A stretch of 24,327 nucleotides of DNA from a virus (taxonomy: Duplodnaviria > Caudoviricetes). The notes beneath the pieces were generated by a model, which was given only the letters and a program-made list of their open reading frames with translations, ran no database searches and had not been told where the DNA came from. Numbering within the stretch: position 1 is the stretch's first letter; every line of letters begins with the position of its first letter. Positions 23,981-24,327 of the stretch are shown in pieces. The stretch is taken from positions 1 through 24,327 of the IMG/VR virus record IMGVR_UViG_3300012200_000070; one strand, written 5' to 3'. The position numbers and the translations under genes are program-made.

Positions 23981-24265
23981 TCACCAGCTCGTCAATCGGG
24001 CGTTGCCATTGGCCGACGCCCAGATCCCGTCCACGATTCCACCGTAAACGGACTGCGGGAACTCGTAGTAAGCACCTGCGGCAAGCTGCACGGTGTACGA
24101 CGTTGCGGACGCCGTAGCACCGAACTTTACGTAAAGCACCTGGGTGCTGTCGTTGAAGATGGTGCGCCCCTTGGTGACTCCCGTGGATGCCGCGAAGAGC
24201 GTCACGGAGGTAGCGCTCGACGCGACATTCACCAGAGTCGCGGTCTGAGGGCTGATGGCAGACAT
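23981..24265 (-). CDS. small phage beta-sandwich protein, probably structural
   Basis: GAGGAAAGGA RBS; IFNDSTQVLYVKFG...YYEFP...GIVDGIWASANG. Confidence 0.8.
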   Translation of the reverse strand: MSAISPQTATLVNVASSATSVTLFAASTGVTKGRTIFNDSTQVLYVKFGATASATSYTVQLAAGAYYEFPQSVYGGIVDGIWASANGNARLTSW

Positions 24266-24293
24266 GGGTTCCTTTCCTCAGACCGTGCATGGC

Positions 24294-24323
24294 AAAGGAC
24301 CCCAACTGGTGGGTTGGGGTCCT
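24294..24323 (-). terminator. terminator-like hairpin
   Basis: 11-bp inverted repeat AGGACCCCAAC-TGGTGG-GTTGGGGTCCT with a short T run on the - strand. Confidence 0.6.
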
Positions 24324-24327
24324 GGGG

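Overview
This window is part of a GC-rich actinobacterial (most likely Streptomyces-type) siphovirus or prophage, made of two convergent arms. The + strand arm (1-3479) carries nine tRNA genes (Asp, Gln, Tyr, Thr, Ile, Pro, Asn, Ser-GCU, Ser-UGA; none encodes CCA). Most are separated by strongly structured spacers, one of which holds a 21-aa micro-ORF with a good RBS. Small hypothetical genes, a strong terminator and a Zn-finger + HTH gene pair follow. The - strand arm (24265 down to 3482) is the late operon: head-associated proteins, a beta-helix protein closely matching AlgE-type mannuronan C-5 epimerases, head-tail connectors, two paralogous tail-tube-like genes separated by one conserved gene and an antisense HNH endonuclease, a -1 frameshifting tail chaperone, tape measure, minor tail proteins, and a lysis cassette (papain-like peptidase, amidase, holin, membrane protein, collagen-like protein). 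The most notable items are the AlgE-like enzyme with an intact catalytic motif, non-canonical tRNAs (an 8/4-fold tRNA-Ser and a tRNA-Tyr with a degenerate D arm), tRNA-like spacer RNAs, a likely ATT start codon for the tail tube gene, in-frame internal starts, and an endonuclease VII relic. Family assignments come from recalled motifs, not from database searches.
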